DNA of 64,000 nt from an uncultured Thermoleophilia bacterium (GTDB lineage Bacteria > Actinomycetota > Thermoleophilia > UBA2241): positions 343,729-407,728 of the forward strand of contig CAVPIV010000003.1 of NCBI GenBank assembly GCA_963705085.1. Direction: 5' to 3'. This document shows, one piece after another, positions 9,057-16,497 of the stretch; position 1 is the first letter of the stretch, and every line of letters begins with the position of its first letter. Below the pieces are notes generated by a model. The model had not been told where the DNA came from. It was given only the letters and a program-made list of their open reading frames with translations, and searched no databases. A program made the position numbers and the translations under genes.

Positions 9057-9767
9057 TCAGGCGTCGTCGTCCGCCGAGGAGGCCTCGGGCGCCGGCCTGC
9101 TGAACCTGCGCCGCGGCGGCCCGGGCGGCGGCTCCGCCGCCGGCTGTGCGGCCTCTGCGACCTCATCGGCCGATGCCGACAGGTCGGTCTCGACCTCCTC
9201 GGGCGCCGGCCTGCTGAACCTGCGCCGCGGCGGCCCAGGCGGCGGCTCCGCAGCCGGCTGTGCGGCCTCTGCGACCTCATCGGCCGATGCCGACAGGTCG
9301 GTCTCGACCTCCTCGGGCGCCGGCCTGCTGAACCTGCGCCGCGGCGGCCCGGCCGGTTCGCCGGCGGCGCCGGCGTCCGGGTATGGGGCGATGCCGGCAG
9401 GCCAGGCCGGGCTCTCCTGAGCCGGCTCCGGCACGGTGGCGGCCCCGGTTGCCGGGGCCAGGTCGATCACGGCTGGGGCAGCCGCGGCTGCGGCAGCGGC
9501 GGCCTGCGCGGGCTTGTCCGTGCTCTTCAGATCGATCGTCATGCTCGACTTGAGATCCTTGACACCGGCAGTGGCCTCGTCGACGCCGAGGCTGGACTTC
9601 AGGTCCCTCACGTCGGCCGCCACCTCGTCGATGCCGAGGTCAGAACGCGCCGAGGCCGTGGCCTTCCGGAGCTCACGCATGGCCTGGCCGAGGCTTCGCC
9701 CCGCCTGCGGCAGCCGCTTGGGGCCGAACACGAGCAGAGCAAGGATCAGCACGATCGCGATCTCCAT
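9057..9767 (-). CDS. tatA: Twin-arginine translocase TatA/TatB-family protein with repeat-containing acidic/Pro-rich C-terminal extension
   Basis: Start taken at MEIAIVLILALLVFGPKRLPQAGRSLGQAMRELRK (TatA TM + amphipathic helix). The longer ORF 9812 start is unlikely. The C-terminus carries 38-aa tandem repeats. Confidence 0.8.
   Translation of the reverse strand: MEIAIVLILALLVFGPKRLPQAGRSLGQAMRELRKATASARSDLGIDEVAADVRDLKSSLGVDEATAGVKDLKSSMTIDLKSTDKPAQAAAAAAAAAPAVIDLAPATGAATVPEPAQESPAWPAGIAPYPDAGAAGEPAGPPRRRFSRPAPEEVETDLSASADEVAEAAQPAAEPPPGPPRRRFSRPAPEEVETDLSASADEVAEAAQPAAEPPPGPPRRRFSRPAPEASSADDDA
9070..9370. repeat. 114-bp tandem direct repeat (about 2.6 copies) inside the tatA 3' region
   Basis: Copies begin near 9084, 9198 and 9312. 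They encode GPPRRRFSRPAPEEVETDLSASADEVAEAAQPAAEPPP x2.6. Confidence 0.85.
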
Positions 9768-9962
9768 GGGGCCGATGTTCACGAAGCGTTCCTTGCGCCG
9801 GGTTCGGGTCAACCCATCTTAGGCGGGGCTGCGAAGCCGGTCAACGCGACGCGCTGGGGCCGGGCACGGAGGGCGGCGGCAGCCCCTCCGCGTCGGGCGT
9901 CCCGGAGGCAAAACCCCTGCATTCCACGCCTGCTCTGGGACGCGTCGCCGGGCGCGGGCTAG

Positions 9963-9992
9963 TTGCGTGCCCGAAACCGCGTTTGGTATAGT
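9963..9992 (+). promoter_or_regulatory. Candidate sigma-70-type promoter of the nuo operon (-35 TTGCGT, 18-nt spacer, extended -10 TGgTATAGT)
   Basis: agTTGCGTgcccgaaaccgcgttTGgTATAGT lies about 70 nt upstream of the nuoA ATG. Confidence 0.4.
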
Positions 9993-10064
9993 CGCGTCCC
10001 AGTGACTCGCCTCCGGTCCTCTCCCGGGGAGCGGGTCCTTTGCCTTCTGTCGGGACAGGTCCTG

Positions 10065-10433
10065 ATGACTGAGACGTACCTCACCAACTGGGTGTACATC
10101 TGGCTCTTCATCGCCGCCGGTGGTGCTCTCGTGGCGCTCATCCTTCTCGTCGCCAAACTGGTCACTCCGGACCATCTCACCGCCGAGAAGCTCGCCCCAT
10201 ACGAGTGCGGCATTCCCGCCGTCGGCCGTCCGTGGTCGCCGTTCGCCGTCCGCTACTTCGTGTTCGGCCTCCTCTTCCTGGTGTTCGATGTCGAGGCTGT
10301 CTTCCTGTTCCCATGGGCGATCGTCTTTCGGGACCTCGGGTCGGCCGGCTTCGTCGAGATGGTGATCTTCGTCGCGGTCCTCGGCTTCGGCCTGCTGTAC
10401 GCCTGGCGCAAGGGGGCACTGGAATGGGCGTAA
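10065..10433 (+). CDS. nuoA: NADH-quinone oxidoreductase subunit A
   Basis: [20 protein letters not shown]...YECG...FDVE..FLFPWA; 122 aa. Confidence 0.88.
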   Translation: MTETYLTNWVYIWLFIAAGGALVALILLVAKLVTPDHLTAEKLAPYECGIPAVGRPWSPFAVRYFVFGLLFLVFDVEAVFLFPWAIVFRDLGSAGFVEMVIFVAVLGFGLLYAWRKGALEWA

Positions 10434-10975
10434 CCGACGGGGCCGTCGGTCACGCGAGGATCCGGTACCCCAAGCTCGAGCGCTTCGAGCAGCCCAACAT
10501 CATCACCACGACGACCGACTTCATCTTCAGCTGGGCGCGGTCGAACTCGGTATTTCCGTTCCAGTATGGCCTCGCATGCTGCGCGATCGAGATGCTGAGC
10601 TCGGGGTTCTGCCGCTTCGACATCGCGCGCTTCGGCATGGAGGTCTTCCGGCCCACTCCGCGGCAGTGCGACCTGATGATCGTGGCGGGCACCGTCAACG
10701 AGAAGATGGCGCCGGTGCTCGTCCGGCTCTACGAGCAGATGTCAGAGCCCAAGTGGGTGATGAGCATGGGAGCGTGCGCCAACAGCGGCGGCCCGTTCTA
10801 CGACGGCTACAACGTGGTGAACGGGGTGGACAAGATCGTGCCGGTCGACGTCTACGTGCCCGGCTGCCCGCCTCGCCCCGAGGCTCTGTTCCAGGGTCTG
10901 CTCGAGCTGCAGAAGAAGATCCAGCGGTACTCGTTCGTGCCCCAGGCTCCGGTGGCCGGCGCCGGGGAGGGCTGA
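10424..10975 (+). CDS. nuoB: NADH-quinone oxidoreductase subunit B
   Basis: Start at ATG 10424 (MGVTDGA...). [18 protein letters not shown]...CDLMIVAGT...[10 protein letters not shown]...[13 protein letters not shown]. The upstream ORF extension is rejected. Confidence 0.88.
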   Translation: MGVTDGAVGHARIRYPKLERFEQPNIITTTTDFIFSWARSNSVFPFQYGLACCAIEMLSSGFCRFDIARFGMEVFRPTPRQCDLMIVAGTVNEKMAPVLVRLYEQMSEPKWVMSMGACANSGGPFYDGYNVVNGVDKIVPVDVYVPGCPPRPEALFQGLLELQKKIQRYSFVPQAPVAGAGEG

Positions 10976-10979
10976 CGCC

Positions 10980-11471
10980 GTGGCGCTTGAGATAGGCTCC
11001 AATCCCATGGAGATCGAGGAGATCGCCGAGCGGCTGTCACTGACGTTCGCGGGCGAGATCGAGGACGTCCGGGTCCAGGAGCCGGAGACGGTGGTGGCTC
11101 GCTGCGGCGCGGCGACCCTCAAGGACCTCGCGCCGCGCCTCAGGGCCGACGAGGACCTGGCCTACGAGACGCTCAACTGGATGGCGGGCGTCGATCGGCT
11201 GACCAATCTGGAGGCCGTCTACCACCTCTACAGCTGGAAGACCAATTCCTACCTGCAGCTGCACGTCTCCCTCCCGGATCCCGCCGAGATCGAGACGGTC
11301 TGCGGCGTCTGGCCCGCGGCCGAGTGGCTCGAGCGCGAGGCGTGGGACATGTTCGGCATCCGCTTCGCCGGCCACCCGGATCTGCGTCGCATCCTGCTCA
11401 AGGACGACTTCATCGGGCATCCGCTGCGCAAGGACTACATTGACCTCGTCGAGAACCACCCCCATGTCTGA
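10980..11471 (+). CDS. nuoC: NADH-quinone oxidoreductase subunit C
   Basis: 163 aa; ...WPAAEWLEREAWDMFGIRFAGHPDLRRILL. Confidence 0.8.
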   Translation: MALEIGSNPMEIEEIAERLSLTFAGEIEDVRVQEPETVVARCGAATLKDLAPRLRADEDLAYETLNWMAGVDRLTNLEAVYHLYSWKTNSYLQLHVSLPDPAEIETVCGVWPAAEWLEREAWDMFGIRFAGHPDLRRILLKDDFIGHPLRKDYIDLVENHPHV

Positions 11472-12678
11472 CGAGTTCGCGACAGCAGTTCCCGACGAGG
11501 CGGTGAAGCTCGCCCAGCGACGCATCGAGGAGGCGAACGCGCACGGCGCCGGCTCGAATCTCGAGGGGCTCACCTTCAACGAGGTCATCGTCAACATGGG
11601 TCCCCAGCATCCGTCGACCCACGGGGTGCTGCGCCTCGTGGTGACGCTGGACGGTGAGCTCGTCAAGGACGTGATCCCGGTCGTCGGGTACCTGCATCGC
11701 TGCAAGGAGAAGCTGGCCGAGAAGCGCACGTACTTTCAGTACATCCCGGTCATCGACCGCACCGAATACCTGGCCGGCATGAACTGCGAGTGGGGGTACG
11801 TGCTGACGGTCGAGAAGCTGGCCAGCATCAGGCCGCCGCGGCGGGCGGAGTTCATCCGCGTCATCATGGCCGAGCTCAACCGCATCGCCAGCCATCTGGT
11901 CGCGGTCGGCACGTTCACCGCCGACCTGGCGCCGCTCGGGACGGCCATGGTCTTCTATATGTTCCGCGACCGGGAGCTCATCCTCGACCTCCTCGAGGAG
12001 GTGAGCGGCGGTCGCATGATGTTCAACTACTTCCGCTTCGGCGGGGTTCGCGACGATCTGCCGGACGGCTGGATCGAAAGATGCCGCGACGTGATGCGCC
12101 GCATGCCGAAGCTCATCGACGAGCACGAGGCGCTCGTCGGCGACAACGCGATCTTCCTGCAGCGCTGCATCGGCAAGGGCGTGATCACCCAGCAGGACGT
12201 GGTCGACTACGCGATCACCGGACCGAACGCGCGCGCCTCCGGAGTGGCTCTCGACCTTCGCCGCACGCGGCCCTACTCGGTCTATCCCGAGCTCGAGTTC
12301 GACGTGCCCCTCGGACGGCACGGCGATGTCTACGATCGCTACCAGGTGAAGATGGACGAGATGCGCCAGTCGGTCAGGATTGTCGAACAGGCGCTGGACA
12401 TGCTGCCCAAGGGGCCGGTCCAGATTGGCTCGCTGCGGGCACCGTACGCGATCGCGCCGCCGCCCGGCGAGTGCTACGCGGCGCAGGAGAACCCGCGCGG
12501 CGAGTACGGCACGTACATCGTGAGCGACGGGACGCGCTACCCTTATCGCCTCAAGTTCCGCGACCCCTGCTTCATGCATCTGCAGATCTTTCCCAAGCTC
12601 CTGCGCGGCAACAAGATCGCGGATGCGGTGGCCATCTCGGGCAGTATGGATCTCGTTCTGGGAGGCATCGACCGGTGA
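11464..12678 (+). CDS. nuoD: NADH-quinone oxidoreductase subunit D
   Basis: Start MSDEFATA at ATG 11464; NMGPQHPSTHGVLRLVVTLDGE...; 404 aa. Confidence 0.88.
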   Translation: MSDEFATAVPDEAVKLAQRRIEEANAHGAGSNLEGLTFNEVIVNMGPQHPSTHGVLRLVVTLDGELVKDVIPVVGYLHRCKEKLAEKRTYFQYIPVIDRTEYLAGMNCEWGYVLTVEKLASIRPPRRAEFIRVIMAELNRIASHLVAVGTFTADLAPLGTAMVFYMFRDRELILDLLEEVSGGRMMFNYFRFGGVRDDLPDGWIERCRDVMRRMPKLIDEHEALVGDNAIFLQRCIGKGVITQQDVVDYAITGPNARASGVALDLRRTRPYSVYPELEFDVPLGRHGDVYDRYQVKMDEMRQSVRIVEQALDMLPKGPVQIGSLRAPYAIAPPPGECYAAQENPRGEYGTYIVSDGTRYPYRLKFRDPCFMHLQIFPKLLRGNKIADAVAISGSMDLVLGGIDR

Positions 12679-13796
12679 GCGATGCCGTCCTCGCCGTCCT
12701 TCGCGCCGTGCTCTTCGTGTTCATCGCCTACACGGTGGTGATGGTCTCCGCGCTCGTCAACATCGTCTTCGAGCGCCGGGTCCTGGGCTTCATGCAGGAT
12801 CGCCTGGGGCCGAATCGAACCGGCCCTCAGGGCGTCCTGCAGAGCGTCGCCGACTCCTTCAAGATGCTGGGCAAGGAGGACTTCCGGCCGCGGCTTGCCG
12901 ACCCGTACCTCTTCACCCTGGCGCCGATCATGGTGATGATCGGCGCCGTCGCCATCCAGGTCGTCGTGCCGTACACGAAGGGCCTGGTCGCCACCGAGCT
13001 CGACGTCGGCGTGATCTTCCTGGTAGCCATCACTGGCTTCACGACGCTGGCCATCCTGCTGGGCGGGTGGTCGTCGAACAACAAGTACTCGCTGGTCGGC
13101 GCGCTTCGCGGCGCCGCCCAGATGATCAGCTATGAGATCCCGATGATCCTGGGCCTCCTGGTGGTGGCCATGACCGTCGGGTCGCTGCGGCTGACGGACG
13201 TCGTGGCTGCGCAGGCCGGGTACCAGTGGCTCGTCTTCTACGCTCCGTTCACGTTTGTCATCTTCTACATCGCTTCGATCGCGGAGCTGAACCGCGGCCC
13301 CTTTGACCTGCCGGAGTCGGAGTCGGAGCTGGTGTCCGGCTACGGGACGGAGTACTCGGGCATGCGCTTCGGCATGTTCTACCTGAACGAGTACGCCGGC
13401 CTCACCATCATGTCCATGGTGACAGTCACCTTGTTTCTGGGAGGCTGGCACGGGCCGTTCGAGGACGCCATCAGCTTCTGGGGCGTGTCGTGGCTGCCGC
13501 TGATCTACTTCCTGGCGAAGACCTACGCGCTCGTCTTCCTGCTCGTCTGGATCAGGCTGTCGCTGCCTCGCCTGCAGGTTGACCAGCTCATGTCCTTCGC
13601 CTGGAAGATCCTCATCCCTCTCGGCCTTGTCAACATCCTCGCGGTCGGCGCCGTGATCCTCTGGGTGCCGCAGTGGAAGTGGGGGCTGGCAATCTACAGC
13701 TGGGTCGCCCTCCTCGCCTTCGTGGCGCTCTTCGATCCCATTCTCAAGTGGCGCCTGCGCAGGCAGCGCGCCCGCCTGCCGGTGGTGCATGCCTGA
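12675..13796 (+). CDS. nuoH: NADH-quinone oxidoreductase subunit H
   Basis: GTG 12675 overlaps the nuoD stop (GTGA), with GGAGG 9 nt upstream. VSALVNIVFERRVLGFMQDRLGPNRTGPQGVLQSVADSFK...; 373 aa, polytopic. Confidence 0.85.
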   Translation: MSDAVLAVLRAVLFVFIAYTVVMVSALVNIVFERRVLGFMQDRLGPNRTGPQGVLQSVADSFKMLGKEDFRPRLADPYLFTLAPIMVMIGAVAIQVVVPYTKGLVATELDVGVIFLVAITGFTTLAILLGGWSSNNKYSLVGALRGAAQMISYEIPMILGLLVVAMTVGSLRLTDVVAAQAGYQWLVFYAPFTFVIFYIASIAELNRGPFDLPESESELVSGYGTEYSGMRFGMFYLNEYAGLTIMSMVTVTLFLGGWHGPFEDAISFWGVSWLPLIYFLAKTYALVFLLVWIRLSLPRLQVDQLMSFAWKILIPLGLVNILAVGAVILWVPQWKWGLAIYSWVALLAFVALFDPILKWRLRRQRARLPVVHA

Positions 13797-14557
13797 TGCT
13801 CGGGATGTTCAAGGCCATGCGGACGACGATTCGCCACCTGCCGACCAGGAAGCTCACCGTGCAGTATCCGGAGGAGCGGGAGAAGCTGCCGGAGCGCAGC
13901 CGCGGCCTGTTCCGCGTCGTCGTCGACCCGCTGAGCGGCGACGCGCGCTGCCGCTCGTGCACGCTCTGCGAGACCAACTGCCCGGTGCAGGTGATCCGTG
14001 TGGAACACTCGAGCACGTACGACCTGCCGGCCCCCAACCTCGCCCGCCTCACGCGAGCGCGTCTCGGCGCCCAGCCCGGCGTCGACCTCGAGCCGTTGCG
14101 CCCCGTGATCGACGACTACCGCGAGCACGGCACAGGCCTCATCGGCATCCTGCAGAACACCCAGGACACCTACAGGTACCTGCCGCGCCGGGCTCTGGAG
14201 GAGATCGCGCTGCAGACGGGCGTCTCTCTCGCGCAGATCTACGGCGTCGCGAGCTTCTACAACCAATTCCGTCTCTCGCCGACCGGCGACTACATCATCG
14301 AGGTGTGCCACGGGACCGCCTGTCACGTCGCGGGCTCGACCAAGATCAGCGAGGCGCTCCAGGAGGAGCTCGGAGTGTCGGAAGGCAAGACGACGGCCGA
14401 CATGAAGTTCACGTTGTCGTCGGTCGCCTGCATGGGGGCGTGTTCGCAGGCGCCGGTCATGCGCGTGGGCGAGCGCACCTTCGGCGGCCTCACGCCCGAC
14501 AAGACGCGACAGGTCATCCGGGAGATCATGCGCGAGGTCGGGGCCGGCGAGGGGTGA
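13796..14557 (+). CDS. Fusion protein: NuoI N-terminal region (one CxxCxxCxxxCP motif) joined to a NuoE-like thioredoxin-fold [2Fe-2S] domain
   Basis: ATG 13796 overlaps the nuoH stop (TGATG). MLGMFKAMRTTIRHLPTRKLTVQYPEEREKLPERSRGLFRVVVDPLSGDARCRSCTLCETNCPVQVIRVE matches the NuoI N-terminus plus the first cluster motif. The protein then continues as NuoE-like: LIGILQNTQDTYRYLPRRALEEIALQTGVSLAQIYGVASFYNQF...CHGTACHVAGS...CMGACSQAPVMRV. The second NuoI ferredoxin motif is absent. Confidence 0.75.
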   Translation: MLGMFKAMRTTIRHLPTRKLTVQYPEEREKLPERSRGLFRVVVDPLSGDARCRSCTLCETNCPVQVIRVEHSSTYDLPAPNLARLTRARLGAQPGVDLEPLRPVIDDYREHGTGLIGILQNTQDTYRYLPRRALEEIALQTGVSLAQIYGVASFYNQFRLSPTGDYIIEVCHGTACHVAGSTKISEALQEELGVSEGKTTADMKFTLSSVACMGACSQAPVMRVGERTFGGLTPDKTRQVIREIMREVGAGEG

Positions 14558-14559
14558 GC

Positions 14560-16497
14560 ATGGACGTGGACAACCACATCCCCGACGCCCCGGAGCCGGT
14601 CGACCAGACGCCGCCGGCGGACGAGTCAGCACCGCAGGCCGAAGGTCGCGCGGTGCGCGTCGCCGCGACCGAGGGCGGCTACCGCGTCTCGGTCTGCGCC
14701 GGGACCGCCTGCACGTTCGCGGGCTCGGCCGCCGTCTTCGACGCCTTCGTGCGCAAGGTCGAGGCCGCTGGTCTGAGCGATCGTGTCGAGGTCTCGATCG
14801 TGGGGTGCCACGGCCTCTGCACGATGAGCCCGGTCGTGGTGCTTGGCGACGACACGCTCTACGGGCACTTGCGGCCCGAGGATGTGAGCGTCGTCGTGTT
14901 GCAGCACCTCGAGAGCGGCGTTCCCGTCGAGAGGTTCCTCTACAAGGATCCGCGCACCGGTGAGCGGGTGCGCGACTGGCACGACATCGAGTTCTACAAG
15001 CAGCAGACGCGTATTGCGCTGCGCAACGTCGGCCGGGTCAATCCGGAGAGCATCGACGAGTACGTCGCCCGCGGCGGATACGAGGCGGCCCGGATGGTCC
15101 TGACGGAGAAGACGCCGGAATGGGTCGTCGGGCAGGTGACCGAGTCAGGCGTTCGCGGTCGCGGCGGCGCTGGGTTCTCGACGGGCGTCAAGTGGGAGCT
15201 GGCCAAGAAGTCGCGCGGCGACGTCAAGTACATCATCTGCAACGGCGACGAAGGCGACCCCGGGGCGTTCATGGACGCCTCCATCATGGACGGCGATCCG
15301 CACGCGGTGATCGAGGGCATGATCATCGGCAGCTACGCTATCGGCGCGCACCAGGGCTACATCTATGTGCGCGCCGAGTATCCGCTCGCCGTTCGCCGCC
15401 TCACCAAGGCGATCGCCGACGCCGAGGCGGCGGGCTATCTCGGAGATGACGTGATGGGCAGCGGCTGGGCCTTCCACCTCAAGCTCAAACTCGGCGCCGG
15501 CGCCTTCGTCTGCGGCGAAGAGACGGCGCTCATCGCCTCCATCGAGGGCCGCCGCGGCATGCCTCGCACGAGGCCGCCGTATCCTGCCGTGAGCGGCCTC
15601 TGGGGCAAGCCGACGAACATCAACAACGTCGAGACGTTCGCCAACATCCCGTGGATCGTCATGCATGGAGCGGACGCCTACGCCGAGCTCGGCGTGGCGG
15701 GGTGCCACGGCACCAAGGCGTTCAGCCTGGCCGGCAAGCTCGTCAACGGCGGGCTCGCCGAGATCCCCATGGGCGTGACCCTGCGGCACGTCATCTACGA
15801 CGTCGGCGGGGGCATCCGGGACGGCCGTCAATTCAAGGCCGTGCAGCTCGGAGGCCCGTCGGGCGGGTGCGTCCCGGCGAGCATGCTGGACACGCCCGTC
15901 GACTACGAGAGCCTGGCCGCGACGGGCGCCATGGTCGGCTCGGGCGGCATCGTCGCCGTGGACGATCAGACCTGCATGGTCGACATGGCGCGCTTCTTCT
16001 TGCGCTTCACGCAGAGCGAATCCTGCGGCAAGTGCATCCCGTGCCGGCTGGGCACCAAGCGCATGCTCGACGTCCTCGACCGCATCGTCTCCGGAGAGGG
16101 TCGGGACGGCGACGTCGAGCTCCTCGGGGAGATGGGCGCCCACGTGTCGGAAGGCAGCCTGTGCGCCTTGGGGGGCACCGCGCCCAACCCCGTCCTCACC
16201 ACGATCAAGTACTTCCGCCGGGAGTACGAGGCGCACATCCACGAGAAGCGCTGCCCGGCCGGGACCTGCAAGGCGCTCATCCGCTACACCATCGACCCGG
16301 ACGCCTGCACGGGCTGCACGCTCTGCGCGAAGAAGTGCCCGGTCGCTTGCATCGGCGGCGAACGCAAGCAGGTCCACGTCATCGACCAGAGGGCCTGCAT
16401 CAGGTGCGACACGTGTCGTCTGGTCTGCAAGTTCAACGCCGTCCGTGTGCTCTCCGGGGTCGACGAGCCCGCGCCCGTGGTCGGCGGAGGGGTGTGA
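14560..16497 (+). CDS. NuoF-like FMN/NADH-binding flavoprotein with extra N-terminal [2Fe-2S] and C-terminal 2x[4Fe-4S] domains (BfuB/HydB-type)
   Basis: 645 aa. N-terminus VCAGTACTFAGS...VGCHGLC. Core GRGGAGFSTGVKWE, ICNGDEGDPGAFMD, FVCGEETALIASIEG, SCGKCIPCR. C-terminus CPAGTCK...CTGCTLCAKKCP...CIRCDTCRLVC. Confidence 0.82.
   Translation: MDVDNHIPDAPEPVDQTPPADESAPQAEGRAVRVAATEGGYRVSVCAGTACTFAGSAAVFDAFVRKVEAAGLSDRVEVSIVGCHGLCTMSPVVVLGDDTLYGHLRPEDVSVVVLQHLESGVPVERFLYKDPRTGERVRDWHDIEFYKQQTRIALRNVGRVNPESIDEYVARGGYEAARMVLTEKTPEWVVGQVTESGVRGRGGAGFSTGVKWELAKKSRGDVKYIICNGDEGDPGAFMDASIMDGDPHAVIEGMIIGSYAIGAHQGYIYVRAEYPLAVRRLTKAIADAEAAGYLGDDVMGSGWAFHLKLKLGAGAFVCGEETALIASIEGRRGMPRTRPPYPAVSGLWGKPTNINNVETFANIPWIVMHGADAYAELGVAGCHGTKAFSLAGKLVNGGLAEIPMGVTLRHVIYDVGGGIRDGRQFKAVQLGGPSGGCVPASMLDTPVDYESLAATGAMVGSGGIVAVDDQTCMVDMARFFLRFTQSESCGKCIPCRLGTKRMLDVLDRIVSGEGRDGDVELLGEMGAHVSEGSLCALGGTAPNPVLTTIKYFRREYEAHIHEKRCPAGTCKALIRYTIDPDACTGCTLCAKKCPVACIGGERKQVHVIDQRACIRCDTCRLVCKFNAVRVLSGVDEPAPVVGGGV

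Noticed and set aside
9768-9812. Longer TatA start at 9812 (MTRTRRKERFVNIGP…)
   Set aside because: The conserved TatA N-terminus begins at MEIAIVLILALLVFGPKRLP; the upstream extension is basic junk.
11790-13796. 668-aa ORF and 13789..16497 902-aa ORF with long N-terminal extensions
   Set aside because: Only the downstream portions (nuoH from 12675; NuoF-like from 14560) carry protein signatures. The extensions overlap nuoD and the NuoE-like gene out of frame.
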